A stretch of DNA of 64,000 nt, from assembly GCF_963921235.1 (NCBI RefSeq), contig NC_086124.1:27714001-27778000 (forward strand). Direction: 5' to 3'. Below the pieces are notes generated by a model. The model searched no databases. It was given only the letters and a program-made list of their open reading frames with translations, and was not told the origin of the DNA. This stretch comes from Mobula hypostoma. Taxonomy: Eukaryota. The position numbers and the translations under genes are program-made. Position 1 is the first letter of the stretch; each line of letters starts with the position of its first letter. Below, one piece after another: positions 10,986 to 24,411 of this stretch.

Positions 10986-11890
10986 TAGATTAGATTAGAT
11001 TCAACTTTATTGTCATTGGGCCGAGTACAGATGCAAAGCCAATGAAATGCAGTTAGCATCTGACCATAAATGCAAAGAATAGTGTTATTTACAAAATAAC
11101 TGCGAATAAAAAATAAGTGCAACTGCACACAAATATAAAAGTACTGAGACAGTACAATATGGCTGCAATACTGCTTAACGCTGTGATGAGAGGTTCAGCA
11201 GGGTCACAGCCTCAGGGAAGAAGCTCTTCCTGTGCCTGCTGGTGTGGGAGCGGAGGCTCCTGTAGCGCCTACCGGATGGGAGGAGAGTAAAAAGTCCATG
11301 GTTAGGGTGAGATGCATCCCTGATAATGCTTTTCGCCCTGCCCAGGCAGCATTTATGGTAGCTGTTCTCAATGGTGGGCAATTGGGTGTCGATAATCTGC
11401 TGGGCAGTTTTTGCCACACGCTGGAGTGCTTTGTGGTCCAATACGGGACAATTGCCATACCACACTGAGATGCAGTTGGTGAGTATGCTCTCAATGGTAC
11501 AGCGGTAAAAGTCCGTCAGTATCCTGGGACAGAGGTGAGCTTCCTTGATGCTTTGCAGGAAATAGAGGCGCTATTGCGCCTTGTTGATCAGGATGGAGGA
11601 GTTCAGGGACCAGGTGAGATCCTCGGAAATGTGGACACCAAGGAATTTGAAGCTTGATACATGCTCCACTACAGTTCCGTTGATGTAGATGGGGACGTGA
11701 GTGTGGCTCCTGGCATGCCTGAAATCCACAATGATCTCCTTGGTCTTCTGGGTGTTAAGGGCCAGATTGTTGATGGCAGACCACGCGGCCAGGTACTGGA
11801 CCTCATCCCTGTATAGGCCGTCTCGTCATCCCCTCTGATCAGCCCAACTTTTGTGGTGTCGTCTGCGAACTTGATTATGGAGTTAGGAAT
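10985..11890 (-). mobile_element. Rex1/Babar-like LINE 3' fragment with trailer
   Basis: WYGNC...LQRVAKTAQQII...LP...IIRDASHPNHGLFTLLPSGRRYRS...SFFPEAVTLLN peptide. Same family as 25440-25995, 43655-44500 and 62690-63234. Confidence 0.7.
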
Positions 11891-13810
11891 GCAGTCATAG
11901 GTGAAAAGGTCCTCTTGGTGTCATCCGCAAATCTGCTGATCCAGTTTACCACATTACCATCTAGATCATTGATATAGATGGCAAATAACAGAACTAGCAC
12001 TGATCTCTGTGGCATTGCAGTAGTCACAGGCCTGCAGTCAGAGAGGCAACCATCTACAACCTCTCTCTGGCATCTCCCACAAAGCCAGTGTCTAATCCAG
12101 TTTACTGCCTCAGCTTGAATGCTGAGCCACTGAATCTTCTTGACCAACCTCCCACGCAGGACCTTGTCAAATGCCTCGCTAAAGTCCATGCAGACAACAT
12201 CGACTGCCTTACCTTCATCAGCTTTCCTGGAAACTTCCTTGAAAGACTCCATAGATTGATTAGACATGACGTACCAGGCACAAAACCATGCTGACTATCC
12301 CTAATCAGTCCCTGTTTCTCCAAGTACTCATAAACCAGTCTCTTAGCATACTTTGCAATAAATTTCTCACAACTGATGTCAGGCACACTGGCCTGTAATA
12401 TTCTGGTTTATGCTTAGAGCCTTTTATTAAACAGCGAAACTGCATTATCTATCTTCCAATCCTCCGGTACTTCACCTGTCGCTAAGGATGATTTAAATAT
12501 GTCTGCTAGGGCCCCTGCAATTTCTGCTCTTGTCTCCCACAGAGTCTGAGGGAACATCTTGTCTGGCCCTGTGGATTTATCCACCCTAATTTTCCTCAAG
12601 ACAGCGAACACCTCCTCCTCTGTAATCTGTACAGACTCCATGATCTTGCTGCTGTTTTGCCTCACTTCTATAGGCTGTGTCTGTCTCCTGAGTAAATACA
12701 AATGCAAAAAAGTCCATTTAAGATCTCTCCCATTTCTTTTGGATCCACGCACGGATTACCATCCTGATCTTCCAGAGGACAAATTTTGTTGTTAACATAT
12801 CTGTAAAAGCCCTTGGGATTATCCTTTACCTTGTCTGCTAGAGCAACCTCGTGCTTTCTTTTCTTGATTTCTTTCTGAAGTGTCCCCTTACATTTTTTTA
12901 TACTTCATAAGCACCTCATTTGTTCCTGCCTGCCTATGCATCTCTTTTTTTTAAAACCAGGGCCTCAGTATCTCTCGAAAACCAAGTTTTCCCTAAACCT
13001 GTTATCCTTGCCTGTTATTCTGACGGGCACGTACAAGCTTTGTACTCTCAAAATTTCACTTGTGAAGGCCTCCCACTTACCAAGTACACCTTTGCCAGAA
13101 AACAGCCTGTCCAAATTCACACTTGCCAGAACCTTAAGGATACCATCAAAATTGGCCTTTGTCCAATTTAAAATCCCCACCCAAGGACCAGAGCCATCTT
13201 TTTAAAAACTTAGTATGAAACTGATGGCACTGTGGTCACTAGATACAAAGTGTTCTCCTACACAAACTTCTGGCACCTGCCCTGTCTCATTCCCTAACAG
13301 GAGATCAAGTACCGCACACTCTCCAGTTGTGTGACTCCTATTAAGGAAACTTTCCTGAACACATTTGACAAGCTCTTTCCCATCCAGCCCTTTTACAGTT
13401 CGCAGTCCCAGTCAATATGTGGGAAGTTAAAGTCACCTACCATTACCTTATGTTTCTTGAAACAGTCTACGATCTCTCTGCAAGTTTGTTCCTCTAAATC
13501 CTGTGGACTGTTGGGTGGTCTATAATATAGCCCTGATAATATGGTCATACCTTTCCTGTTCCTCAGTTCCACACATAACAGCTCACTGGACATGTTCTCC
13601 AGTCATTGATAGAGCACTGCTGTGGCTAGTAATGCCACCCCTCCCCTTTTAATCCCTCTATCATGTCTAAAACAACAGAACCCCGGGATATTGATCTGCC
13701 TTCCTGCAGCCAACTCACTAATGATTACAATACCGTAATCCCATGAGTTGGTCCACGATCTGAGCTCATCCGCCTTTCCTACAATACTACTTGCATTGAA
13801 ATATACACAA
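11890..13810 (-). mobile_element. CR1 LINE ORF2 remnant (APE endonuclease to RT), frameshifted
   Basis: Consecutive fragments: ELRNRKG...YYRPPNS...GDFNFPHIDW (APE), WTKANFD, VPEDWK, SQHGFV, MDFSEAFDKV, FADDTK. Confidence 0.88.
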
Positions 13811-13814
13811 CTGT

Positions 13815-14455
13815 AGGAGGGAGGAGAAGATGGCGACGTGACGCAGCGCGCGCAGCCGTTCCGAATTGATATCGATATGTGTTAACTAGGGGGCCGTGCA
13901 CAATCTGGATTTGATGGGTACAGTCATGAGAAACACAGAGGAACATCAGGAGTAACTTCTGAAATGCCTGCTTCGCTGCTGCTGCTACTGTGCGATCGAG
14001 AATCTCCGGAGACGAAGGCCCCAAATCCTCGGCTTTGCGTATCACCTTGTTGCCGGGGCCGGGGTTGAAGCGCTCGGCAGAGATGGTGCTCGGTGCTCGG
14101 TGTCGGAGAGGTGGGTCGGAGGATCGGAGTTTTTCGGACGGATTCGGAGTCGGACTGTGGTCGGATGCTTCCGGGATGCTGCATCGGCAAGTTGGCGGCG
14201 CTGGAGGTTTACCGTCTGCGTGAGAGACTTTGAGACTTTTACCGTGCCATGGTCTGTTCTTATCAAATTACGGTATTGCTTTGCACTGTTGTAACTATAT
14301 GTTATAATTATGTGGTTTTTGTTAGTTTTTAAGTTGGTTTGTCATGTGTTTCGTGATATCATTCTGGAAAAGCATTTTATCATTTCTTAATGCATGCGTT
14401 ACTAAATGACAATAAAAGGGGACTGCGTGTCCTCATAATCATAATAATAATAACT
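13815..14455 (+). mobile_element. Non-autonomous retroelement (aagatggcg 5' end, ACAATAAA plus short tandem tail); second copy at 24710-25380
   Basis: Two copies align along their length (e.g. accgtgcc(c)atggt..., aaatgacaataaa...gtcctcataatc). No coding capacity. It interrupts CR1 sequence. Confidence 0.6.
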
Positions 14456-14459
14456 CATA

Positions 14460-14870
14460 GCATTAGACCCACCGAACTCAAATTTTTGATTCCTGACTTT
14501 GTCTGAGGTCTTAACAACCTCTTTTCTCACAACCTTTCCACTGACCGTTCTGGCACTCTGGTTCCTAACTCCCTGCAATTCTAGTTCAAGCTCTCCCCAC
14601 CCCAAGCAGTACTAGCAACCCTTCCCGCGAGGATATTAGTTCCCCTCCAGTTTAGCTGCAAACCCATCTCTTCTGAACAAGTCCTACCTTCCCTAAAAGA
14701 GAGCCCAATCATCCAAAATTCTGAAGCCCTCCCTCCGATACCAACTCCTGAGCCATGTGTTGGTCTGCATGCTCTTCCTATTTCTGGCCTCTCTGGCACG
14801 TGGCACGTGTAGCACTCCTGAGGTCATAATCCTGGAGGTCGTGTACTTACCTAAAAGTTTCATGACTGCC
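14460..14870 (-). mobile_element. CR1 ORF1 (esterase-like) 3' fragment
   Basis: The - strand encodes REGRTCSE..GLQLNWRGTNILAGRVASTAWG, typical of the end of CR1 ORF1. It lies upstream of the ORF2 remnant at 11890-13810. Confidence 0.6.
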
Positions 14871-17039
14871 CCTAAAGTACTCCCACCTTGTCGTCGTCGT
14901 GGCTCTCCCTCGAGGTCGAGGATGACGGTCTTCGTTCTGAAGAAGTGGCCCAGAGTGAAGACGCCTGTGCGTGTATTTGTTTAACATGTACTTGATGTTG
15001 CACTCCAAGAAGCACACGATACTTCACAAATCAACCAACTGATTCCAAAGGCATGGAAACCACGACGATTGGAGCTGATGGATTTGTTGCAGCTTCATCC
15101 GCCTTCACAGCCGTTGAGTTCGAAGTAACTTTGTCCACCTGTTCCACCGTTGAGGTCTTGGTTGGATTGTTCTTTGTCAGGGACCTCACCCTCGACCTTA
15201 CCGCCATGGGTGACCCTACCAGGAGCATAGCTCCAGAGGGCATTGCTCTCAGGATCACAGGACCACACAAGCTTCTCCACTGCGACAAGGTGACAATCAC
15301 CTCCACCTATCACCACCCCTGACAGCACATTCCATTCATCCACAACTCCTTGGGTAAAAACAGCTACCTGACATCCCCCTATACTTTCCTCCAATCACCT
15401 TCAAATCATATCAACTGTCCACATGATCGATGCCCCGTATCATCTTGTACACCTCTAATAGGTCAGGAGGCAGGTAACTGGGCTACTGTCAGGAGAAGGA
15501 AGGGAAATGGGTAGGTAGTGCAGACTACCCCTGTGGCTGTTCCCCTCACTAATAAGTGTACCACTTAGGAGACTGTTGAGGGGGAGTGACCTTTCAGGGG
15601 GAGTCACAACGACTGGGCCTCTGGCACTGAGTCTGGTGCTGTGGCTCAGAAGAACAGAGAGGACTGCAGTGGTGATAAGAGATTCCATAGAGAACCATAG
15701 ATGAGATTCTGTGAGCACAACAGAGACACACAGGTGGTACATTGCCTCCCAGGTGCCAGGATCAGGTCTAAGGCATTCTAAGCGAGGAGGGTGAGCAGCC
15801 AGAAGTCTTGGTACACATTGGCAAGAATGACGTAGATAGGAGAGGTGAGGAGGTCCTGAAGAAATGAATCTGGGATTGAAAGGCTTGTCAAATGAGGAAG
15901 TTTTGATGGCTGTAGGCCTCTACTCACTGGAATTCAGAGGAATGAAGGGTGACTTCATTGAGCTTATCGTATGTCGAATGGCCTCGATGAAGTGGATGTG
16001 GAGAGGATGTTTCCTGTGGTGGGAGAGTTTAAGACTGGAGGATACAGCCTTAGAATAGAGGGGCATCCTTTGGGAACAGAGATGAGGAGGAATTTCTTTA
16101 GCCAGAGAGTGGTAAATGGGAATGGGCTCCCCTCGCCCTTTCTCCCTAGGCTTCCCGTCCCATGATCCTCTCCCTTCTCCAGCCTTGTATCCCTTTTGCC
16201 AATCAACTTTCCAGCTCTTAGCTCTATCCCCGCCCCCCCCGTCTTCTCCTATCATTTTGGATCTCCCCCTCCCCTTCCCACTTTCAAATCTCTTACTATC
16301 TCTTCTTTCAGTTAGTCCTGACAAAGTGTCTCAGCCCGAAATGTCGACTGTACCTCTTCCTACAGATGCTGCCTGGCCTGCTGCGTTCACCAGCAACTTT
16401 GATGTGTGTTGCAAAGAACAGGCTGGTGAGCTTGAATCAGTAGTGGGTGTGTTAATGGAAAATATTCTAAGGGACTGGATATACATTTGAATAGAGAGGG
16501 ATTGATCAGGAATAGTCAGCTTTGTGAGTGGTAGGTTGTGTCTAACCAGTCTTATAGAGGTTTTCAAGGAAGTTGCCAGGAAAGTTAATGAAGGTAAGGC
16601 AGTGGACGTTGCCTACATGGACGTTAGCAAGGCCTTTGACAAGGTCCTGCATGGGAGGTTGGTCAAAAAGTTGGTCGTCGCTTGACATTCTGGTGACCTG
16701 CGGGGATCGGTGCTGGGTCCATTGACGTGGATGACAATGTGGTAAAGTAGATCAGCAAATTTGCTGATGACACCAAGATTGGGGGTTGTGTGGACGGCAA
16801 GGAAGGCTATCAAAGATTGCAGCGGGATCTTGACCAGTTGGAAAAATGGGCGGAAAAATGGGCTGAAAAAAGGTAAATGGAATTTGATACAAGTGTCAGG
16901 TGTTGCACTTTGGAAGCACAAATCAGTGGAAGACTTGCATAGTGAGTGGTAGGGTACTGCGGTAGAACAGAGGGATTCAGCTATACAGATCCATAATTCC
17001 TTGAACATGGTGTCACAGGTAGATGGGGTCATAAAGAGA

Positions 17040-19340
17040 GCTTAGACAATAGATAATAGGTGCAGGAGTAGGCCATTCAGCCCTTCGAGCCAATACCACC
17101 ATTCACTGTGATCATGGCTGATCATCCACAATCAGTACCCTTTTCCTGCCTTCTCCCCATATCCCTTCACTCCGCTATCTTTAAGAGCTCTATCTAACTC
17201 TTTCTTGAAAGAATCCAGAGAATTGGCCTCCACTGCCTTCTGAGGCAGAGCATTCCACAGAACCACAACCCTCTGTGTGAAAAAATTTTTCCTCAACTCT
17301 GTTCTAAATTGTCTACTCCTTATTCTTAAACTGTGGCCTCTGGTTCTGGACTCCCCTAACATCGGGAACATGTTTCCTGCCTCTAGCGTGTCCAATCCCT
17401 TAATAATCTTATATGTTTCAATCAGATCCCCTCTCATCCTTCTAAATGCCAGTGTATACAAGCCCAGTCGCTCCAATCTTTCGACATATGACAGTCCTGC
17501 CATCTGGGAATTAACCTCGTGAACCTACGCTGCACTCCCTCAATAGCTAGAATGTCCTTCCTCAAATTTGGAGACCAAAACTGTACACAGTACTCCAGGT
17601 GTGGTCTCACCAGGGCCCTGTACAGCTGCAGAAGGACCTCTTTGCTCTTATACTCAATTCCCCTTGTTATGAAGGCCAGCATGCCATTAGCTTTCTTCAC
17701 TGCCTGCTGTACCTGCATGCTTACTTTCAGTGACTGATGAACAAGGACACCTAGATCTCGTTGTACTTCCCCTTTTCATAACTTTACACCATTCAGATAG
17801 TAATCTGCCTTCCTGTTCTTGCTACCAAAGTGGATAACCTCACATTTATCCACATTAAACTGTATCTGCCCACTCACCCAACCTGTCCAAGTCACCCTGC
17901 ATTCTCATAACATCCTCCTCACATTTCACACTGCCACCCAGCTTTGTGTCATCTGCAAATTTGCTAATGTTACTTTTAATCCCGTCATCTAAATCATTAA
18001 TGTTTATTGTAAATAGCTGCGGTCCCAGCACCAAGCCTTGCGGTACCCCACTGGTCACCGCCTGCGATTCTGAAAAGGACCCATTAATCCCTACTCTTTG
18101 TTTCCTGTCAGCCAACCAATTTTCTATCCATGTCAGTACCCTACCCCCAATACCATGTGCTCTAATTTTGCCCACTAACCTCTTATGTGGGACCTTTATC
18201 AAAGGCTTTCTGAAAGTCCAGGTACACTACATCCACTGGCTTTCCCATGTCCATTTTCATAGTTACATTCTCAAAAAATGCCAGAAGATTAGTCAAGCAC
18301 GATTTTCCCTTCGTAAATCCATGCTGACTTGGACCGATCCTGCCAGTGCTATCCAAATATGCCACTATTTCATCTTTTATAATTGATTCCAGCATCTTCC
18401 CCACCACTGATGTCAGACTAACTGGTCTATAATTGCCTGTTTTCTCTCTCCCTCCTTTCTTAAACAGTGGGATAACAATAGCTACCTTCCAACCCGCAGG
18501 AACGGATCCCGAATCTATAGAACATTGGAAAATGATTACCAATGTGTCCACAATTTCTAGAACCACCTCCTTAAGTACCCTGGAATGCAGACATCAGGCC
18601 CTGGGGATTTATCAGCCTTCAGTCCCATCAGTTTATCCAACACCATTTTCTGCGTGATGCGAATTTCCTTCCATTCCTCTGTTACCCTAGGTCCTCTGGC
18701 CACTATTACATCTGGGAGATTGTTTGTGTCTTCCCTAGTGAAGATAGATCCAAAATACCTGTTCAGGTCGTCTGCCATTTCCTTGTTCTCCATAATAATT
18801 TCACCTGTTTCTGTCTTCAAGGGCCCAACTTTGATCCTAACTAATTTTTTCCTCTTCACATACCTAAAGAAGCTTTTACTATCCTCCTTTATATTCTTGG
18901 CTAGTTTACCTTCGTACCTCATCTTTCCCCCCCCCCCATATTGCCTTTTTAGTTATCTTCTGTTGCTCCTTAGAAGTCTCCCAGTCCTCTGGCTTCCCAC
19001 TCATCCTTGCTATGTTATACTTCCTCTCTTTTATTTTTATACTGTCCTTGACTTCCCTTGTCATCCAGGGTCGCCCCTTACTCCCCTTAGAATCTTTCTT
19101 TCCCTTTGGAATGAACTGATCCTGCACCTTCTGTTTTATTCCCAGAAATACCTGCCATTGTTGTTCCACTGTCATTCCTGCAAGGGTATCTTTCCAGTCA
19201 ACTTTGGCCAGCTCCTCCCTCGTGGGTCCACAGTCCCCTTTGTTCAACTGTAATACTGACACTTCCGATCTTCCCTTCTCCCTCTCAAACTGTAGATTAA
19301 AACTTATCACATTATGGTCACTACCGCCTAATGGCTCCTT
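17040..19340 (-). mobile_element. Long, relatively young CR1 ORF2 fragment with 3' end
   Basis: Near-contiguous fragments: LNKGD...LAKVDW, KADKSPGPD, VPAGWKVAIVIPLFKKGG...NYRPVSLTS, YLDFQKAFDK, VPQGLVLGPQLF, KFADDTK, LVRPHLEYCVQFWSP. Few frameshifts. Confidence 0.93.
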
Positions 19341-20329
19341 TAACTAGCTTCTGGCACATTTGCCTTCATAAATCAAAGCATTCAGGACAGGAGCAAGAGT
19401 GTGATGTTGAAGTTGTCCAAGATGTTGACGAGGCCTAATTTGGATACTGTGTGTATCTGGTCACCTATCTACAGGTCAGATAGTAGTAAGATTGAAAGAA
19501 TGCAGAGAAAATTTACAAAGACGTTGCTAGGGATTGAGGAGTAGATTTATAAGGAAAGTTTGAATAGATTAGGACTTCATTCCCTGGAGCACAGAAGGTT
19601 GAGAGTATAGGAAAATGAGGGAGATTTGATAGAGGCATATAGGATGATGAGAGGCATAGATAGGGTAAATGCAAGCAGGCTTTTTCCACTGACGTTGGCT
19701 GAGAATTGCAGGTCATGGGTTAGGGGTGAAAGGTGAAATACTTAAGGGGAACAAGAGGGAGCACTCCTTCACTCAGAGGGTGGAACGAGCTGCCAGTGGA
19801 AGTGATGGAGACAGGTTTGATTTTAGGAGAAATTTGGGTAAGTACCTGGATAGAAGTGGTATGGAGAGCAGGTTGATGAGACCGGGCTGAATAGTAGCTT
19901 GGCACCATCTAGATGGGCCGAATTGCCTCTTTCTGTGCTGTAGTGTTTTATGGCCCTACGAATAGACACAACTGATGTTGGCTAATGATGCAAGATATTG
20001 TTGTAGGAATCGGAAATAGCATTGTTTCCAATGGGAGTGACTGAAGGAAAGGCAGTAATCACGTTCACAAAATGCAGGAGGAGATCAGTAAGTCAGGCGG
20101 CATCTATGGAGGGGAATGATGAAGGGTCTTAATCCGAAACATGGACTGTTTATTCACCTCCTCAGATGCTGCCTGACCTGCTGAATTCTTTCAGAATTTG
20201 TGTATGGCGCTGAAGATTTCCAGCATCCACAGAATCTCTGGGTTAGTAATCACTGTGACGGGATAAGGTACCAGGAGATTTATTCTGCACCTTCCTCATG
20301 TTGAACCATTCCTACAATGTATGATGAAA

Positions 20330-20960
20330 GCTTCACTCTGTGTCTGACCCCGGGAGTGTGTGATGGGACGGTGTGGAGGGAGCTTCACTCTGTGTCTGAC
20401 CCCGGGAGTGTGTGATGGGACGGTGTGGAGGGAGCTTCACTCTGTGTCTGACCCCGGGAGTGTGTGATGGGACAGTGTGGAGGGAGCTTCATTCTGTGTC
20501 TGACCTTGGGAGTGTGTGATGGGACAGTGTAGAGGGAGCTCCGTTCTGTGTCTGACCCCGGGAGTGTGTGATGGGACAGTATGGAGGGAGATTCACTCTG
20601 TGTCTGACCCCGGGAGTGTGTGATGGGACAGTGTGGAGGGAGCTTCACTCTGTGTCTGACCCCAGGAGTGTGTGATGGGATGGTGTGGAGGGAGTTTCAC
20701 TCTGTGTCTGACCCCGGGAGTGTGCGATGGGATGGTGTGGAGGGAGCTTCACTCTGTGTCTGACCCCGGGAGTGTGTGATGGACGGCGTGGAGGGAGCTT
20801 CACTCTGTGTCTGACCCCAGGAGTGTGTGATGGGATGGTGTGGAGGGAGTTTCACTCTGTGTCTGACCCCGGGAGTGTGCGATGGGATGGTGTGGAGGGA
20901 GCTTCACTCTGTGTCTGACCCCGGGAGTGTGTGATGGACGGCGTGGAGGGAGCTTCACCG
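20330..20960 (+). repeat. 52-bp satellite array (CTTCACTCTGTGTCTGACCCCGGGAGTGTGTGATGGGACGGTGTGGAGGGAG)
   Basis: About 12 tandem units read directly. Confidence 0.95.
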
Positions 20961-22010
20961 TGTCACCTGCAAAGTTACTAACCCACCATTCTACTTCCTC
21001 ATCCAAGTCTTTCATAACAATCACAAAGAGCAGGAGTCCCTGAACAGATCCCTGTGGAACACCACTGGTCACTGAGCTCCCTGCAGAGAATGTTCCATCT
21101 GCCTTCTGTAGGTGAGCCAATTCTCTGTACACACAGCCACGTCTCCCTGCTTCCCATGCCCCCTGACTTTCTGAATGAGCCCAACATGTGGAACCTTACC
21201 AATCACGTCCACCGCTCTACCTTCATTAACGACCTCAAATAATTCCGACATGCTCATGCGACAAGACCTACCCTCACGAAACCATGTTGACCATCGGAAA
21301 GCAGGCAATGTTTCTCCAAATACTTCATGTCAACTGCAGCACCTTGAAGATTCAGGACATCTATCAGTGATAATGAGCCTGATTCTGAATGGGCAAGAGA
21401 TTCCCAGTGTTTGTGAGTCAGGGGCTTCACTTTCGACGCGTTCTCTTGCGGACGGGGTGGAGCTTGGTATGGGAGATTCTGCGATAACTCTGACGGAGAA
21501 TGGAAGGACTGCAGGAGAAGGTAAGCGCCACTGACGTTTTCTGCAGTGATCAGTCAGACTTTGCACTACTCACAATCTCACCACAGTCAGCAAGCGATCA
21601 TTTCTGACCAGAGCCCCGTCTGACAGTCCCATGCCCCAGAGACCGGTGAACACGCTGTAGGGTTCCGCCGCTAATGTAATGGCTTCTCTGTAACGTCCCA
21701 CTGCTGAGGTGATGGTTTCTCTGTAGCAGCAATGTTTGGGTTGTGACTGGAGATAACGGGGCATGCTAGCCAATGAGTGAGATGTTGTTCTTTCTTGTGT
21801 GTCTGGGAGCTGGGAATTCGTGGTCTTGCCAGGGAGGGATGAGGAGAGAAGATGCGAATGGAGAGTGTTGGTATATCACCGGATGGTGTGGACTGGGAGC
21901 GAGGGTGCGAAGGTTAGCGACGATCGGAGGAGGTCGATGGTGGACGAACGGCCTTATCAGTGAGCTCCAGCCTTGCGCTGTTTCATGAAAATGGGCACTT
22001 TTTCTTTTTT

Positions 22011-22048
22011 CAGTCCTGACGAAGGGTCTCGGCCTGAAACGTCGACTG
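22011..22048 (+). ncRNA. Minimal type I hammerhead ribozyme motif in a Penelope 3'-end fragment
   Basis: cagtc-CTGACGA-agg(gtctcgg)cct-GAAA-cGTC-gactg. Helix I cagtc/gactg, conserved core CUGANGA...GAAA, palindromic ACGT in place of helix III, predicted cleavage after GUC at 22043. Confidence 0.75.
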
Positions 22049-22145
22049 CACCTCTTCCTACAGACGCTGCCTGGCCTGCTGCGTTCACCAGCAACTTTGA
22101 TGTGTGTTGCTTGAATTTCCAGCATCTGCAGAATTCCTGTTGTTT
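22011..22145 (+). mobile_element. 135-bp Penelope-derived short element with 14-bp TSD
   Basis: ACTTTTTCTTTTTT at 21997-22010 and 22146-22159. Body matches the 3' end of the Penelope element at 58555-58700. Confidence 0.8.
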
Positions 22146-22409
22146 ACTTTTTCTTTTTTGTTGTCTTTACTAACCATATAGTCAAATTAAGAATTATAAA
22201 GCTCAATCGTTTAATTGCATATTGTGTACTGTTTGTTATTTTGTGGCACTGATTTGTAACAAGGGGTACACGTCGCACAGCATCTACCCAAACGAGATTT
22301 CTAACTTTGGCCGGGCTGGGGGCTATCACCCCCTAGATTAAGACACTACCTGAAGCGAGAGTTACACCAGCGAGGCTAAATTGGTAAATTGGTTCATTAT
22401 TGTCTCACG

Positions 22410-23350
22410 TCCTCACCACGTCTCCTCCACTTACCGCACATCTGCGCTCACCCCATCTTCCCGCTGCCTTAAAGGTGATAGAGTTCCTCCTGCTCTTACC
22501 CACCCTCCCGCCAAGGGCCTCTGCATCCAACACATTGTTCTCCACCACTTCCGCCATCTCCAAAGGGATCCTACCACCAAACACATCTTCAGCTCCTTCC
22601 ACGGTTCCCTTGTCCATTCGCTCCTCCCTACTAATCTCCCTCCCGGCACTTACCCCCTGCAAGTGGCCCAAGAGCAACACCAGCCCGTTCACCTCCTCCC
22701 TCGCCTCCATGCAGGGCCCCGATCCGGTGAGGCAATGCTGCACCCGCGGATCTGCCAGGGTCGTCTATTGTGTCCGGTGCTCCCGTGGTGAGTCGGGAGA
22801 GCCGCTTCGCCGAGCTCCTCCGCTCCATCTGGTAAAGGCGGAGCTTCCCGGCGGGCGGACGGTTTAATTCCGATCCCCATTCCCGTTCTGACAAGTCAGT
22901 CCACAGTCGTCAGTGTGGAGGGACAGCATCTTATATTCCACCTGGGGAACCTCCAATCTGATGGCATGAAGGTCGATTTTTCCTTCTGGTTAAAAAATGT
23001 TTTCCTCCTCCCCTCTTCTTCTATTCCCCACTCTGGCCTGTTACGTCGACTCACATGGCTCTCATCTCCCCTAGGCCCCCTCCTCCCCCTTCCATTTCAC
23101 TTACGGTCGACCCTCCCCTCCTCCCAGATTCTTTCCTCTTTGGCCCTTTACCTTTCCAATCCACGACCCCCCCCAGCTTTACCTATCACCTTCTAGCCAT
23201 CCTGCTTCCCACTACCACCCCCATTTTTATTCTGGCTTCTTCCCCCTTCCTTTCCAGTCCTGAAGGGGTGTCTCGGTCTGAAACGTCGACTGTTTATGCA
23301 TTTCCATAGATGCTGCCTGACCTGCAAGTTCCTCCAGCATTTAGTGTGTC
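22410..23350 (+). mobile_element. Degenerate Penelope-like element 3' fragment (GIY-YIG region plus 3' repeat)
   Basis: RVPPALTHPP...IQHIVLHHFRHLQRDPTTKHIF...GTYP and VYCVRCSR peptides, collinear with 58941-59830. Degenerate hammerhead at ~23256-23292. Confidence 0.8.
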
Positions 23351-23589
23351 GCTTTGAACAAACTTCAGAAAAAGGTGCCGGGGTCCGGGCCATCTCAGAT
23401 CGAATCTGTAGCGTTGTTAAGTGGGAGGGGAGCAGCCAGAGGTCGTGGTCTGTGTCGGTACCAAAGACATGAGTAGGAAGGGTGACAAGGTCCTGCAAAG
23501 TGAGTTTAGGGACTAAGTTAAGTTAAAAGTCAGATCTTCCAAGGTTGTTATTTCAGGATTCGTGATGTCAGAAATATGAAGATAATAGT

Positions 23590-24185
23590 TCACCCTGTGT
23601 CTGACCCCGGGAGTGTGTGATGGGACGGTGTGGAGGGAGCTTCACTCTGTGTCTGACCCTGGGAGTGTGTGATGGGACGGTGTGGAGGGAGATTCACTCT
23701 GTGTCTGACCCTGGGAGTGTGTGATGGGACAGTGTGGGGGGAGCTTCACTCTGTGTCTGACCCCGGTAGTGTGTGATGGGACAGTGTGAAGGGAGCTTCA
23801 CTCTGTGGCTGACCCCGGGAGTGTGTGATGGGACGGTGCGGAGGGAGCTTCACTCTGTGTCTGACCCCGGGAGTGTGTGATGGGACAGTGTGGGGGGAGC
23901 TTCACTCTGTGTCTGACCCCGGTAGTGTGTGATGGGATGGTGTGGAGGGAGTTTCACTTTGTGTCTCACCCCGGGAGTGTGGGAGTGTGTGATGGGTTGG
24001 TATGGAGGGAGCCTCACTCTGTGTCTGACCCTTGGAGTGTGAGATCGGACAGTGTAGAGGGAGCTTCACTCTGTGCCTCACTCCGGGAGTGTGTGATGGG
24101 ACGGTGTGGAGGGAGCTTCACTCTGTGTCTGACCCCGGGAGTGTGTGATGGGTTGGTATGGAGGGAGCCTCACTCTGTGTCTGAG
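23590..24185 (+). repeat. 52-bp satellite array (second)
   Basis: About 11 tandem units of the same consensus as 20330-20960. Confidence 0.95.
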
Positions 24186-24283
24186 GCCAAGCCTCTTTCG
24201 CAAGTGATGAATTGCAATAGGAAGTGGAGTATTATTGTCACATGTACTGAGGTACAGTGAAAAACTTGTCTTGCATATTGTTC

Positions 24284-24411
24284 CTGACGAAGGGTCTCGG
24301 CCTGAAACGTCGACTGTGCCTCTTCCTATAGATGCTGCTTGGCCTGCTGCGTTCACCAGCAACTTTGATGTATGTTGCTTGAATTTCCAGCATCTGCAGA
24401 ATTCCTGTTGT
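24284..24411 (+). mobile_element. 128-bp Penelope-derived short element with 13-bp TSD
   Basis: TTGCATATTGTTC at 24271-24283 and 24412-24424. Starts at the CTGACGA hammerhead core and is nearly identical to 22016-22145. Confidence 0.8.

Noticed and set aside
14757-14984. ORF with a signal-peptide-like start (MLVCMLFLFLASLARG)
   Set aside because: Antisense reading of a CR1 ORF1 remnant.
20330-20960. CRISPR-like appearance of the 52-bp arrays
   Set aside because: Units are head-to-tail with no unique spacers, there are no cas genes, and the context is vertebrate.
21700-21780. MHC S-X-Y promoter module around the CCAAT at 21770
   Set aside because: X-like and Y-like motifs are not in the required order and ~20-bp spacing on either strand.
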